Below, one piece after another: positions 1-11,344 of a DNA stretch of 64,000 bases. The number at the start of each line of letters is the position of its first letter. Position 1 is the first letter of the stretch. Position numbers and translations under genes: made by a program. Below the pieces are notes generated by a model. The model ran no database searches. It was not told where the DNA came from and worked only from the letters and a program-made list of their open reading frames with translations. Source of the stretch: Blasia pusilla (Eukaryota); contig CM114271.1 of the NCBI GenBank assembly GCA_050084515.1, forward strand, positions 38,626,001 to 38,690,000, given 5' to 3'.

Positions 1-3000
1 ACATAATCTATGCACTTGTCATTTTGTTGGGCGTTAGAATAGAGAGATGGCTATACTTAAGGTAAGACTTGAAGGGGCTTATCCTTTTGTAGTTGGACCT
101 TCCATGTATAAATAGGCTAGGGCACAATTGTGTGGAATTTATCTTTAACTTTGATAACGTGAAGTAGAGGGTAGATTTGGCTCCATTGATTGATTTGATC
201 AAAAAAAATTTCTAGGTGATTTCATAATTGAAATATTTCTTCTATATATTGATGTATATTCATGGTATATGTTGTGTTTATAGTTATTAATATACGTGCG
301 TATAGGTTGCAACCTTGCAAGATACATATCTTGTGTATATAAAGCATAAAATTAACAATACTAGTCACTGCATGTACCATTCACAAGTTAAGGAAGAGAC
401 CTCCTTCTTCTATGTAGGTTGAAAATAATTAAATTATTATAGGGGATATGTGTTACAACAAGAGGCCTTGAGAAAGGATAGGTGTCAAATAGGGAGATGT
501 TTGTTATTGAGACCCAATTGCTAATATAGTCTTCTTCCGTACAATGCACAGGTTTAAAAAACCTCCCAAAATGATAATTATCTCTCAAAATTATGAAGTG
601 CCATATTACATCAATTTCGATCTTGTTGGCTCAAAAGGAAAACGATCTTATTAGCCGAAAGTGCCAATTATCAAGAGGAGAAGTGTTCGAAAAATGAAAG
701 GGGACTCTCTAATAGTAATATAGACATGTAAAAGATCTTTTGTCGTGCGCAATATGAATATAATTAAAGATTACGTGGGCACTGACCATTTGGATATAGT
801 TTTGAGAGTAAATACATAAGGTTTATTTGAGATTTATGGAAATGCTCTAAAAATATTAAAGTGCTTGAATATTAATCCTAAATTAATTTATTTTTAGATT
901 GGAGAATAATCCATAGGATAAGTGAAGGAATAGGAATGATTAAACGTGGAATGTATGCATGTCTAAACTAAATTAAATTTTTTCTCAAAAGAAAAGAGAG
1001 AATTTGTTTCCCTTTTATATCATAAAAAAAATAAAAATAAGATATAGAGGTGTAGACTTTTATAAGAACAAATAAATATCTATAACACTTAAAAACCCAC
1101 TTTTTTTCAATGGGATGATACCACATTAGAATCCTTGCTATTAAAGAGAAAACTATAAGAACGGAAAGAGTTCTCTCAAATTGACTTATCTTGGTTGTAA
1201 ATTCTCATTTACAACCTTCATTTATAAAAACAAATTTGAAGAAAATTCCATGGAATTTCTTCAAGAAACACTAGAATGATTTTTACAAGAAGAGTTTGAT
1301 CAATAATTGGAAAAGAAATCCATAACTCTTGCAACCAACTAAACCATAATCTATTTGTCTTGCTTTTGTCTAGCTAGTTAATTAAAGTGATCTTCGATGC
1401 ATGGAAAATGGAATGGTCCTTGCAATGTGTATGTGAATTTGCGTAGAGCTTTATTTTGGTGCTCTCTTCATATCTTAATTTTGGTCATTCATTTTGGATT
1501 TTTAGTTTCTCTTGCGCTAAGAAAACTTGGCAAAATGGTTGAGGTAACTATAGATAGTCCCATGAAACCAAGACCTTATTCCACTTAGCAATAGGAAACC
1601 TCACCAAATCTTTATTTTATTATTATTTAGAAAATTATAGATAATGAAATATCTCACATAAGTCCCATTTACATTTATTAATTTTCCTCATGGTCAGCTT
1701 TAATCTCCATTTTATCTCTATTAATATTTCTTGGGACTAATGACTTTGAAATTTGTTTAGAAAATAATTCTCATAATAGAAAAAAAAGCAAGCTTGATAT
1801 TTGGAATGTTAACCAAAGAAACCTATTTTTCTCTCAATAGACCTATTTTTTTAGTAGTGAGTCACACTTCCCTCCATTATCTAAATAATTAAAAGTCTTC
1901 AAAATGGAGATTCTCTAGTTCCCTCAAACCAATTGCACATTTTTAGGGCTTTCATCTATAGTATTTCTATTATTAGAATTATTTGCTTGTCTACCTTCCC
2001 AACTTGGCACCGTGTGTTGATATCTTATAGGCCCTTATTACACTTTCAAGCTAGATTGGGAGAAAATTTTAATCCCTCTTTTGGGAAAAAAATCAACAAA
2101 ATATATTATTTTCTTTTACTTATTGAAAGACGGGGATTGGAAAAGAGATTTTTTTTTCACAATTATTAGAAAAAACACATGAAATTTTGTTAAAATGTCA
2201 TAAAAACCCAAGTTAAATGGAGTGTAAAAATTATTTTTGAATTGTTGTCATCTAAAACTAAATTTTGTTCATAATTCATCCACTAACTTCACTTTATCAT
2301 AGTCCACATGTGAGTTTTATCACATGCACCGTACGGAAATTTTTTTAGTAATTAAATAATATAGATAATTACTGATATAATGATGACGTGTGACATAACA
2401 TGGCCAAGGTTCTTACAAGTCTTGATATTTGACCAGCAAATATTTGGAGGTTTGTAGAGAAACCTCCATGTTTTTCAGGGTTTTTGTCGCTTGTGAGAAC
2501 TTCCCAAAAGTGTTATCTCGTTGGGATTATTCTTTATATCTATAATTATTTACTTTTATTTAGGAAAATTCTTTTTCCCTACTATTATTATTATTATTAT
2601 TTCCCTTGCCCAATTTATGTTCTCAGGTCTTGGCAAGGCTCGGACAGTACCGGCATCCTTTGTAAAGGCTGCCGGCAGAAATGAAGATTTTCCGACGACC
2701 AGCTTTTAGGCCCGGGGACAAAACCGGAGAGGGAAGAGGTAGCGCCGGCAGGAGCCGCTGAAGTCTTGAACGCCGGCCAGATTGACGGCGGTTGGACTTT
2801 CCGGCAGTGTAACCGGGATGTATTCAAAGCGCCAGGCATTTTCCGACCGGAGGAAGGAGGTGCCGGGGCCCGACATGTGTCAAGAGGGTAGTGGACAAGG
2901 GGGGGAGTGTGCAGGTTCATCCAGCCGTCCCTTCTAGGGTGCGGATGATAGGAATCATCGGACGGCAGTGGGAACTTCGGGACTTGCGAGTCGGGAGAAA

Positions 3001-3008
3001 GGGAGGCA

Positions 3009-3990
3009 GGGGAGTAGTGGTCGAGCCCGGTCGATCGCCGTTGTTAAATCTCATTTGCAAATGAGACCGTGTTCGACTTTTGCAAAGAAATTTCGCTGAG
3101 CCCGCTCTCTCCTCCTGGTTGCTCTCGCCTGCGGGCGCGCGGATTTTGCGTCAGTGCTTTCTCGTGCACCGCTGCCTCAAATGTTGCCGCTTTGGGCGCC
3201 ATACCGCTGTCGCATCGCTGCCGCTTTGGGCGCCTAGGATCGGACTCATCGAGCTTGACCTTTCGTTAATCTCTCAAGATTGCGGCAAAGACGAGACAAG
3301 CACCCTCATCGGCTCATCCTCGATTCCTCATCATGCTCTCTGTCGCCGAGGCAGACGCCCAGATTCGGTGACCTTCGGAAGTTCGGATCTTTGATCTGTC
3401 CGAGCCTTGGTCGTGAGGAGGGAGGGGGAGTAGGGTTGAGCCCGGTCGACCGTGCTCGAGGTATTTGCCGCGATTGCAACCTTATGATGTTTTGCAGCAA
3501 ATTTTGCTCTCTCCTCCTGGCCGCTCTCTCCCGGGCGTGACCCGCGTCTATGCTTTCTCTTGCAGTATGTGCTTTCTCTTGCAGCCCTGCTCGTCTGCTC
3601 GTCATCGCCTTGGGCGCCTAGGGATCAGACTCATCGGAGCTTCAGCCTTCTCGTTAATCTCTCGGCATTGCGGCAAAGAGACAAGCACCCTCATCGCTCA
3701 TCCTCATCGCGCTCTGTCTCGAGACGCTGCCGCGATTCGGTGACCTTTGAGTCCGTCCGAAGCACAACTCACCCGGCGTGAAAAGAGAATAAAGGCCTCA
3801 CCGTACCTCTTCGGCATCCTCATCAGGGCTCAGACAGTAATTTTTAGAAGATTAGTTTTTTACATTTAGATCAGGGGAGTAGGGGTCGATTGTGCTCGAG
3901 GCATTTTATGAGTTGCAACTCATTTCTGCTCTCTCCTCCTCGAATCCTGAATGGTCGGGCCGATATTTGCTTACTCTCGCTTGTCTTGGG
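3009..3990. repeat. Degenerate ~415-bp GC-rich direct repeats in the hAT 5' region (two copies plus a partial third)
   Basis: Shared blocks GGGGAGTAG..GGTCGA (about 3009, 3425, 3874), TTGGGCGCCTAGG and GAGACAAGCACCCTCATCG (about 3226-3320 and 3610-3705). Confidence 0.8.
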
Positions 3991-4629
3991 CGCCTTGTTG
4001 CTTGATTGCTCAGTTCTTATTATGTTCGCTCAATCTTTGTCAGATTGCTCTCGCCGCTTTCGCCGCTAATTCACGCTGCTCCATGTCAGCTTGTAAAGCT
4101 TGCTAGCCACCGCACCATAGGTGAAAAAAAGTGGAAGAAATCGGACGAAATCAGCTGTCTCATTGACTTCCGGGAGTTGGACAGGCGAGTGTAACTCACT
4201 CAGAGTCTCAGACGCTCATCCAAGCCTCATCCCTGCTATTAGGACTCAGGTTTTGGGACTCGAGAGAGAGTTGGGGAGACCCGCACACACTGCATTCTCC
4301 TCCTAATCGCCACTCGCTTATTTTCCTGTATTCTCTCAGGAGTTAGGGAGTTGGGGCTTGAGGGAGTAGGGGTCAGGGACTTGGGTTTTCGTTGCACTCT
4401 TGTATCTCTCTCTCTCTCGCTCTTTGTTGAAGTTTTGGGAGCCTTTCATTGGTTTTGTAACTTCTGTAAACCCTTGAAACCGTTTGAGCCTAAACCCTTT
4501 ACAAAGGGTTTCAAAGTAGTGAACTCTCAAAGTTCCTTATGGAGGATATTTCAGCCAACAATGCATGTAGGGGTAAGAGACAAAAATCCCTTACTGATAT
4601 GGGATTTATGAAGAGGGTGTTAGTGAACC

Positions 4630-6770
4630 AAAGAAAGAGAGACCAACTCATGTGAGGAGATAGATTCTCCTTCAGATCTTGCCTCTTCAAAGATAGAAGA
4701 GAACAACAGGCTTTGGAAAGACTCTTGGTATCAAGCTTTTGAATGGATTCAATTTGAGCCTCACACGGGGAGGGTATTCTGTAAAGTGTGCAAGGACTCA
4801 GGAGGGAAATCTGTATTTGCCACATCCGGAGCCATCAATGTGAAGATTTCTGCCTTCATAGACCATGGTAAATCCAAGGAACATAAAAAACTGGCTTGGG
4901 CTCAGTATAGTCGTAGAAAAACTCTACAGAAAGCTATTGCAAGCACCAATAGAAACTGTGATTTAGCGGTGCTTAATCTTTTTCGAGGAGCATACTTCAT
5001 GGCTAAGTATAATATTGCATTTTCCTCATTCCCTGGTCTCTATACATTACTCAAATCTGGATCTATGATGCTCACAAAATCGATGTATCAGGATGACAAG
5101 ACATGTGCACATATGATAACATGTATTAGTTTGGTAATTCAAAGATTGCTTCTAGCTAGGGTTAGACTTAGTCCCTTTTACGGAATAATGGTAGATGAAT
5201 CCACTGACATATCAGTAACAGAACACCTCGTTGCCTTTGTCACTTACCTTGATGAAGGTCAAGTGTGCACCTCCTTCTTAGGATTGATCAAGGTTGAGAA
5301 CAAGGATGCCGAGTCCATTTTGATTGTTTAGTATCCTTACTTAGGGAATGGGAATTGAATTTTGAGAAGATGGTTGGTTTTGGGTCCGATGGGGCCAACA
5401 CTATGGTAGGTAGTAGGAATGGGGTAAGTGCCCGTTTGAAGAGGAATGTTAACCCTTACATGACAAGCGTCCATTGTGTGGCACACCGGACAAACTTAGT
5501 CGCTCTTGCAAAGCAGTGACAAAGAGCCCAGGTGCAAGGAACTTAGTGATGAGGTTGATAACATTTTGAATTTCTGTTGCATTTTTTTCAAGAAGAGTTC
5601 TAAGAGGAAGTCTGGTCTCTCTTCTCTACAAGAGGAGCTATACGATTCTAGGAAAGTCATGAAACGGTATCGAAGGTCGATGGCTTAGCGGTGGCAAGCC
5701 GTTACCTCTTTATGTGATAGTTTAGAATCGGTCATGGTCTACTTCTGCTTTGTGAATCGGAGGGAAGATGATGGGGTAGCTTCACATCTTCTAAAGAGGT
5801 TAAAGTCCTTCAAAATGATTTACATTTTATACTTTTTTGGTGACATCCTTCATTCTATGGCAATGTTGAGCAAGTTATTCAGATGAAGTTTGTTGATATA
5901 TCTAGCGTTGCTTCTATTGTTTAGACCGAGATAGCACATGTTAGAATGAATTATGTACATGAAAGTGTAGATATGAATGCCTATCTCATTTCTCGTCTAG
6001 CGGTTTTCATCTCCTTCGAACTATGGTCCTAGTGATGGATATCTCAGCGCTTGCAATCAGAGATAAGGGTTCTTTCTTTCATTCAATCCAAATGGATAGG
6101 GATGTGACAGAAAGGATTTAGAAGAAGCTTTTTTTCGGAGGAATTTTCTTTGAGGCCATATGTGTAGCTTTGCAAGAAAGGTTTGAAGACAATAACATCA
6201 TTGGAGGTTTTAAGATCCTCAATCCATCCCAAATGCCTTCTACCATATCTAGTTTAAGAGATTGGGGTGTGAGAGACTTGGAAATGTTGAGCTCTTTCTA
6301 TGGACAGGAAAAAACCTTACATGGCAAGGGTGAAAAAGCCTATTCTAGATGGTGCAGACCCTCAAGAATGAATTCTTGGCCTTCAAGATTCAGGCCATGA
6401 CGAGAATGGAAGGAGAAGTCCTTCAAGGACTTACGTGTATGGTAAGTGGTAGTCCGATCCTCGAAGGCTAAGTATGCTAATCTCTGTATTTTAGGTGATA
6501 TAGCTAGAGTCCAATGTGTATCAACAACATCATGTGAGAGAGCTTTTAGCATTCAGAATGTCATTAAGAATAGGTTAAGAAATAGCTTAACCTCTTATCA
6601 CTTGGAAGCTTTGCTGAGGGTTAATATGGAGGGTCCAAAAGAGAATTTTGATGTGGATAAGGTCCTCATTTCGCTATGGACACATGGAAACAATCAAAGG
6701 AATACAGATTTGTATATGCTAATCAGAGTTGTACATTGTTCCTCCGTTGAACTTGAAGTCTTGAGGAAGG
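4630..6770 (+). pseudogene. hAT transposase (ZNF862/C17orf113-like, TTF-type zinc finger), frameshifted in this assembly
   Basis: Motifs in order across frames: WKDSWYQAFEW..VFCKVC..H..S..H (zinc finger), MVDESTDIS (catalytic D), GFGSDGANTMVG (second D), VHCVAHRTNL (CxxH), STTSCERAFS (catalytic E, hATC region). Several 1-nt frame breaks. Start and end approximate. Confidence 0.88.
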
Positions 6771-6905
6771 TGAGCTTAACCTCGACCTTTCATCCTAGTT
6801 TCTCTATGACTTCATTTCATTTTGCAAATGCTTTTACTAGTTATTTATTTTTTCAGTCAAACCCCTCCTACAAAGAAAGTTCATTTTATGAATACTCCTT
6901 GTAGG

Positions 6906-7093
6906 AAGGGTTCTTAGCACCTCCTGGCCCCCAACTGGTAGGGGGAATTCTGGTTCAACTCAGCCAGAGGTAATGAGGAGGTGAGTGAGAAGGCTAAGAA
7001 GGGTTCTTAGTACCTCTGGCCCCCAATTGGGAGGGGGAATCTGGTTCAACTCCAGCCAGAGGTAAAAAAATGAGGAGGTGAGCTGAGAAGGCT
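6906..7093. repeat. ~93-bp tandem duplication in the hAT 3' region
   Basis: AAGGGTTCTTAG..TGGCCCCCAA..CAGCCAGAGGTAA..GAGAAGGCTA occurs twice, at 6906 and 6999. Subterminal AAAAACTG-like motifs follow to 7330. Confidence 0.85.
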
Positions 7094-10000
7094 ACCGGAG
7101 ACTTTCATAATAACCAGAACTAAACTGAAAGGTAGAAAATATGACAGCAAAAAACTGGCATGCCATTTCCAAACCCAAAAAAAAACTGGTGATTCAAATT
7201 ACATGCAAGAAATAGCCTGAGAAGGGAAAAAATCTTGGGCAAAAACCTGACAAGGTAAAAACTCTTAGTGGGTTGGATGGGGTATACTTAAAAAACCTAA
7301 ATGATTCAAATAGTCCCGGTAAAAAACTGACATACTAAAAATAACTGTCCGAGCCCTGGGTCTTGGATATCCACGTGGATGTCATTCAATGCGATGAGGA
7401 CGAAATTCAGGCAACCGGTTCTAAGTTCTAACGCGCGTGCTTTTATTCTGTACACCCGTGTCCGAGGTTATAAACAGGGCAGGCCATGGTTAGATCTAAC
7501 CCACGCTCCAAGGGGTTGTAATTTATCAAGGTCCGGGGATTGGTGGGGTTGGGAAAACTCCTTCCACACTTACGGCGCTTTTGAATTTGGGGCTCCGTAC
7601 AGTATCGCATTTGGATGGATAATCGGACGGATAATCGACGGGTAGCGAGAAATTCAAGATGGACTTCATTTCAAAAGATCGCAAATTGATCGTCGATTTT
7701 TCCCATCCTTTCAATTTGGGATCTTGAGTCACGATCTCAAGAAAAATAAATAAATAAATACAATTATTTTACTTTTCGTGTTAATTATTAAACCCAAAAA
7801 TAGAACTACTAACATGAATCATAAAAAATGGTATTTATTTATTTAAAATAATGTTATTAATTCCAGGTGAAAAAATCCTTTCCTAATCTAGAAATTACAT
7901 GTCTTTATTAACTTTAATGAAAAGTGATTCGTTTATAAATTTTAATACTATATTTCATGACTAAATGGAAGAGGATAAAATTGTGTAATATGATATCAGT
8001 TTCCCATAGAGGTATTTATTAACATAAGCAATTCCATCTTACCTTCCGGCTCTAACAAGAATGTACGTTGTGTAGTAGGAACGTACTTGCCGTGTTGTGA
8101 GATGGGTGGTTTGCATTAATAATTAAAGGATCCATTTACAATCCTAACCATGGTAAACAGGGTTAACCATGGATGACTATGAGAATACGCTTATCATGCG
8201 TTGACTGACACGTATGCGGATGTTGGTTTAGTGGTAACCTTTCGGAGATTATGGAAGCTTTTGTCTCCAAGGGGCCCATTAACTCGTTGTTTGCTATTTC
8301 CCGGTCGCCGGGGACATTAATTGATACAATTCCAAAAATATTTATGTTGGAGTTTCCCATGCGGTTTTTATTTTCTATTTTTATCACGGAGATCTCTTGT
8401 GCATATTCCTTCAAATCTTCATATGTTGTTTTTCCTGTTCGTTTTCCATTAAGGGGTTTTTTTGGCCAGAATGTCCTATTGCATTTTCCCAACACTTTAA
8501 TCCTTGAGTTTTTCTATCCTGATTCCCTTGCCATTATCTTTTTTCTCCATACCATTCAAAGTCTTACATAGTGCGCTAGATAAAGACTAACTAGTCTTAA
8601 GAACGAAATACAATAAGAAGACATGTTGCTCTCACCAAGTGTAAGCAAAGCTCTATGTGACACAACTTTGGGTGTCCATTAGCACCATTCTTGTTAGGCC
8701 ATTTTAACTTGGTAGGTGAAGGGGTGTGAAGTCAGATTTCTTTCTTGACCACGCATGCACGTATTCCATGACTTCATCCCATTGAATTATCCCATTGACG
8801 CTTGGGGATGGGTCGTTTATTTTACTTCGTAGCCTAGCCAAATTAACTATCCCCACCCCCACCCCCCCCCCACCCCCAAACACAACACAACACATATTCC
8901 TTTACCTTAGGAACCGTAGATAGGAAGATAAGGACCAACAACCGAAAAAAAATATCTCTTTATGGGGACCTTTCTTTCTTATCTTGCAAAACACTCAATG
9001 TTTGCAAGTCAGCGAACGTGTCGTGGCCCAAGAAAAACCATTTAAAAAAACGTTGTTATTATAATATTTTAATCATTTCCTCACGCAGCAAGCTCCTTCT
9101 TTAGGTTGTCAAAGTAGCGATTTTGGATTTTCTTTTCTTTTCTTTAAGAGGACGAAGTCAGATTTGGGCTCTTCTTGGATAAAAAGGAATTGGACGAACC
9201 ATTTTTTTGGACTTACTTGAAACCCCCACTTTTAAAAGGTATGTTTGGGGGTCGATCCAAATCCCCTCATGGAGAAAAATGAATGGTTGATGCGAAAATG
9301 GTGTGACTTGTATGATACTTAAACATCCACAAATTGTCGACCTATCGGGGTAGAGACGAGGGAGGAGGAATGGTAGCAATAAGAATTGAACCAAAACGCC
9401 ATTGGGAAAAATCTTAAAGGAAAGAGAAGTTCATTTAATAAATAAGTTTTATGGTATTGCATGGAAAGTAAGTGCCACATTCTTGCATAGATGTCCGAAA
9501 GGGCTAAAACCTGGCCTGCCTATGTATGCCATTTAAAACCCGCTAGGAGGGCGGCACCCTCAATATGCCGCCCTCCTACTCGTTTAAGGTCTTCCTTATT
9601 TGCAAGCGATTATGCATCACAACAAGAAAGAATTTTTTTCGTTGGTCTTTTTTTGTGATTCTCTCGTGTTGGTGCGATGAAAACAACTTTCATTAGAAGT
9701 ATGGGATTGGTTGTAGACGTTGAGTTTCTACATGTTTGATCCCTTATGCTCTTGAGAAGTTTAAGGTTAAGAAAAAATCAAGGGGGGAGTGCATGCATGC
9801 ACGAGAGAGGGTTAGGAATCTTTTATCTTTCTTTGCGCATAATTGATGTAGTTACACCAATGATCTATGTGGTAATATTACACTTCATAAGGGATATGAT
9901 TTTTCTTCCCTCTCACCTTCAAGATTTATGGATCCATCAACAAGGAATTCGTTGTTTTTGTAATCGAATGTCCATAAATCTTATGCTTGTAATAAGGGAG

Positions 10001-10362
10001 TGACACAACTCCATGTAGGATGCCCTCATTCGAGTAGAGTTATACATGATTTGGCAGGATGACATGGCGGTGGCCAACGCCATAATTACAGGTCCTACAT
10101 GAGAGTTATTTTTGTCGTTGGCTGCATGAAATAAAACTCGACTTTTATAGTGGAAGTCATCTTCATGAAAGATATTGCTTTGTCCCACTAGCTCTAGAGA
10201 TGTATGTTGCCATGGGAAGGAGGTTTGACACTCTTCTTATTGAGTATACCCATCTCCTCCACTTTAGGAATGGATTGTCTTTGGCTATTGCACTTCTATG
10301 TTGTAGACAACGTGTCTCCATTTTTTTGCAACATGCCCAAGCTAATGGGCTTTTGTGCAAGG

Positions 10363-10590
10363 TTGCATGTGGAAAAAGTCCATGTCCGTGGACTTACGTC
10401 TGTCCTATGGAATGACTTGTCCATGTGGGCCCCACCTTCCCCTTCTTTCTTATTCCCCCCACTTGCCTACATGTTCCATATTTTTGTGTTTCTTCCTCCC
10501 TCCACCTCCACCCCCACTCCCACTCCCTCCCCCCTTATTTCCCCACTCGGACAAGTCCATCCTAGGTGTCCATCCCTAGGACGGACTAGT
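10363..10590 (+). repeat. Dispersed repeat, probably a TE terminus fragment; inverted copy at about 19180-19399
   Basis: TTGCATGTGGAAAAAGTCCATGTCCGTGGACTTACGTC..GACTTGTCCATGT aligns with the reverse complement of 19250-19399. Confidence 0.7.
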
Positions 10591-11344
10591 CTATTTTTTT
10601 GCAACCATGCTTTTGTGAGACGCTCAAGCGACGGGAGACGTTGGTACTAGAGGCTCTCTTAGTGATAGTCCTATTTTTTTAGTTATCTTTAATACTATTT
10701 CTCTTTTGGTGAAGTTAGATTTTAGGGGGTTCCCCCTTTTCTTCTCCTCGGCTGGGTGTGGCCTTTGAGTTCCCCTACTCTTCAAGTCCACCATTCTTGC
10801 ATCGTTGATGGGTTTTCCCATCCTCCTTTATTCATGTATTATAAGGTCTTATCTTTTCTATCTTTGCGTGAGGGATGGACTTCCTTTCTTTAATATTTCA
10901 ACATTATTTTTCCAATGTGTTTCTATTTCTTAGGAGCATACTTGAGAAAATGGGCTTTTGGAACATGCTCAAGAAAGACGAAATGTTGGTACTCAAGTTT
11001 TAATGTTGTGCGGGATTGGTTCTATATAGAATGACATACCTTGATTGAATTTTTCATGATTTTAGATCTCAATGTGTCCTATTTTTCATCCATTTGGAGG
11101 GCTATAACTATTTTGGTTTCCAAATCTTTGAAATCTCAACTTGTCTTTTCTTCATGGATTTCTCCCCTTCGCCCCCAACTCTTCGTTGTTTTCTTTAAAG
11201 AGAATACATACAACCGCTATAAGTAACCACATAAAGTCTAAAAAAGGTTGGATATAATATCTATAATTTTTTTCATCTTATGGTTACATGTATGAATTTG
11301 TACGTCATACCATATTTTGAAAGTATGTGAAGAGCATATTGTCG

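Larger units (their letters stand above)
2634..7358 (+). mobile_element. Full-length hAT-superfamily DNA transposon
   Basis: 15-bp TIRs CAAGGCTCGGACAGT (2634-2648) and ACTGTCCGAGCCCTG (7344-7358), 14/15 match. Perfect 8-bp TSD GGTCTTGG at 2626-2633 and 7359-7366. Internal hAT transposase. Confidence 0.95.
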
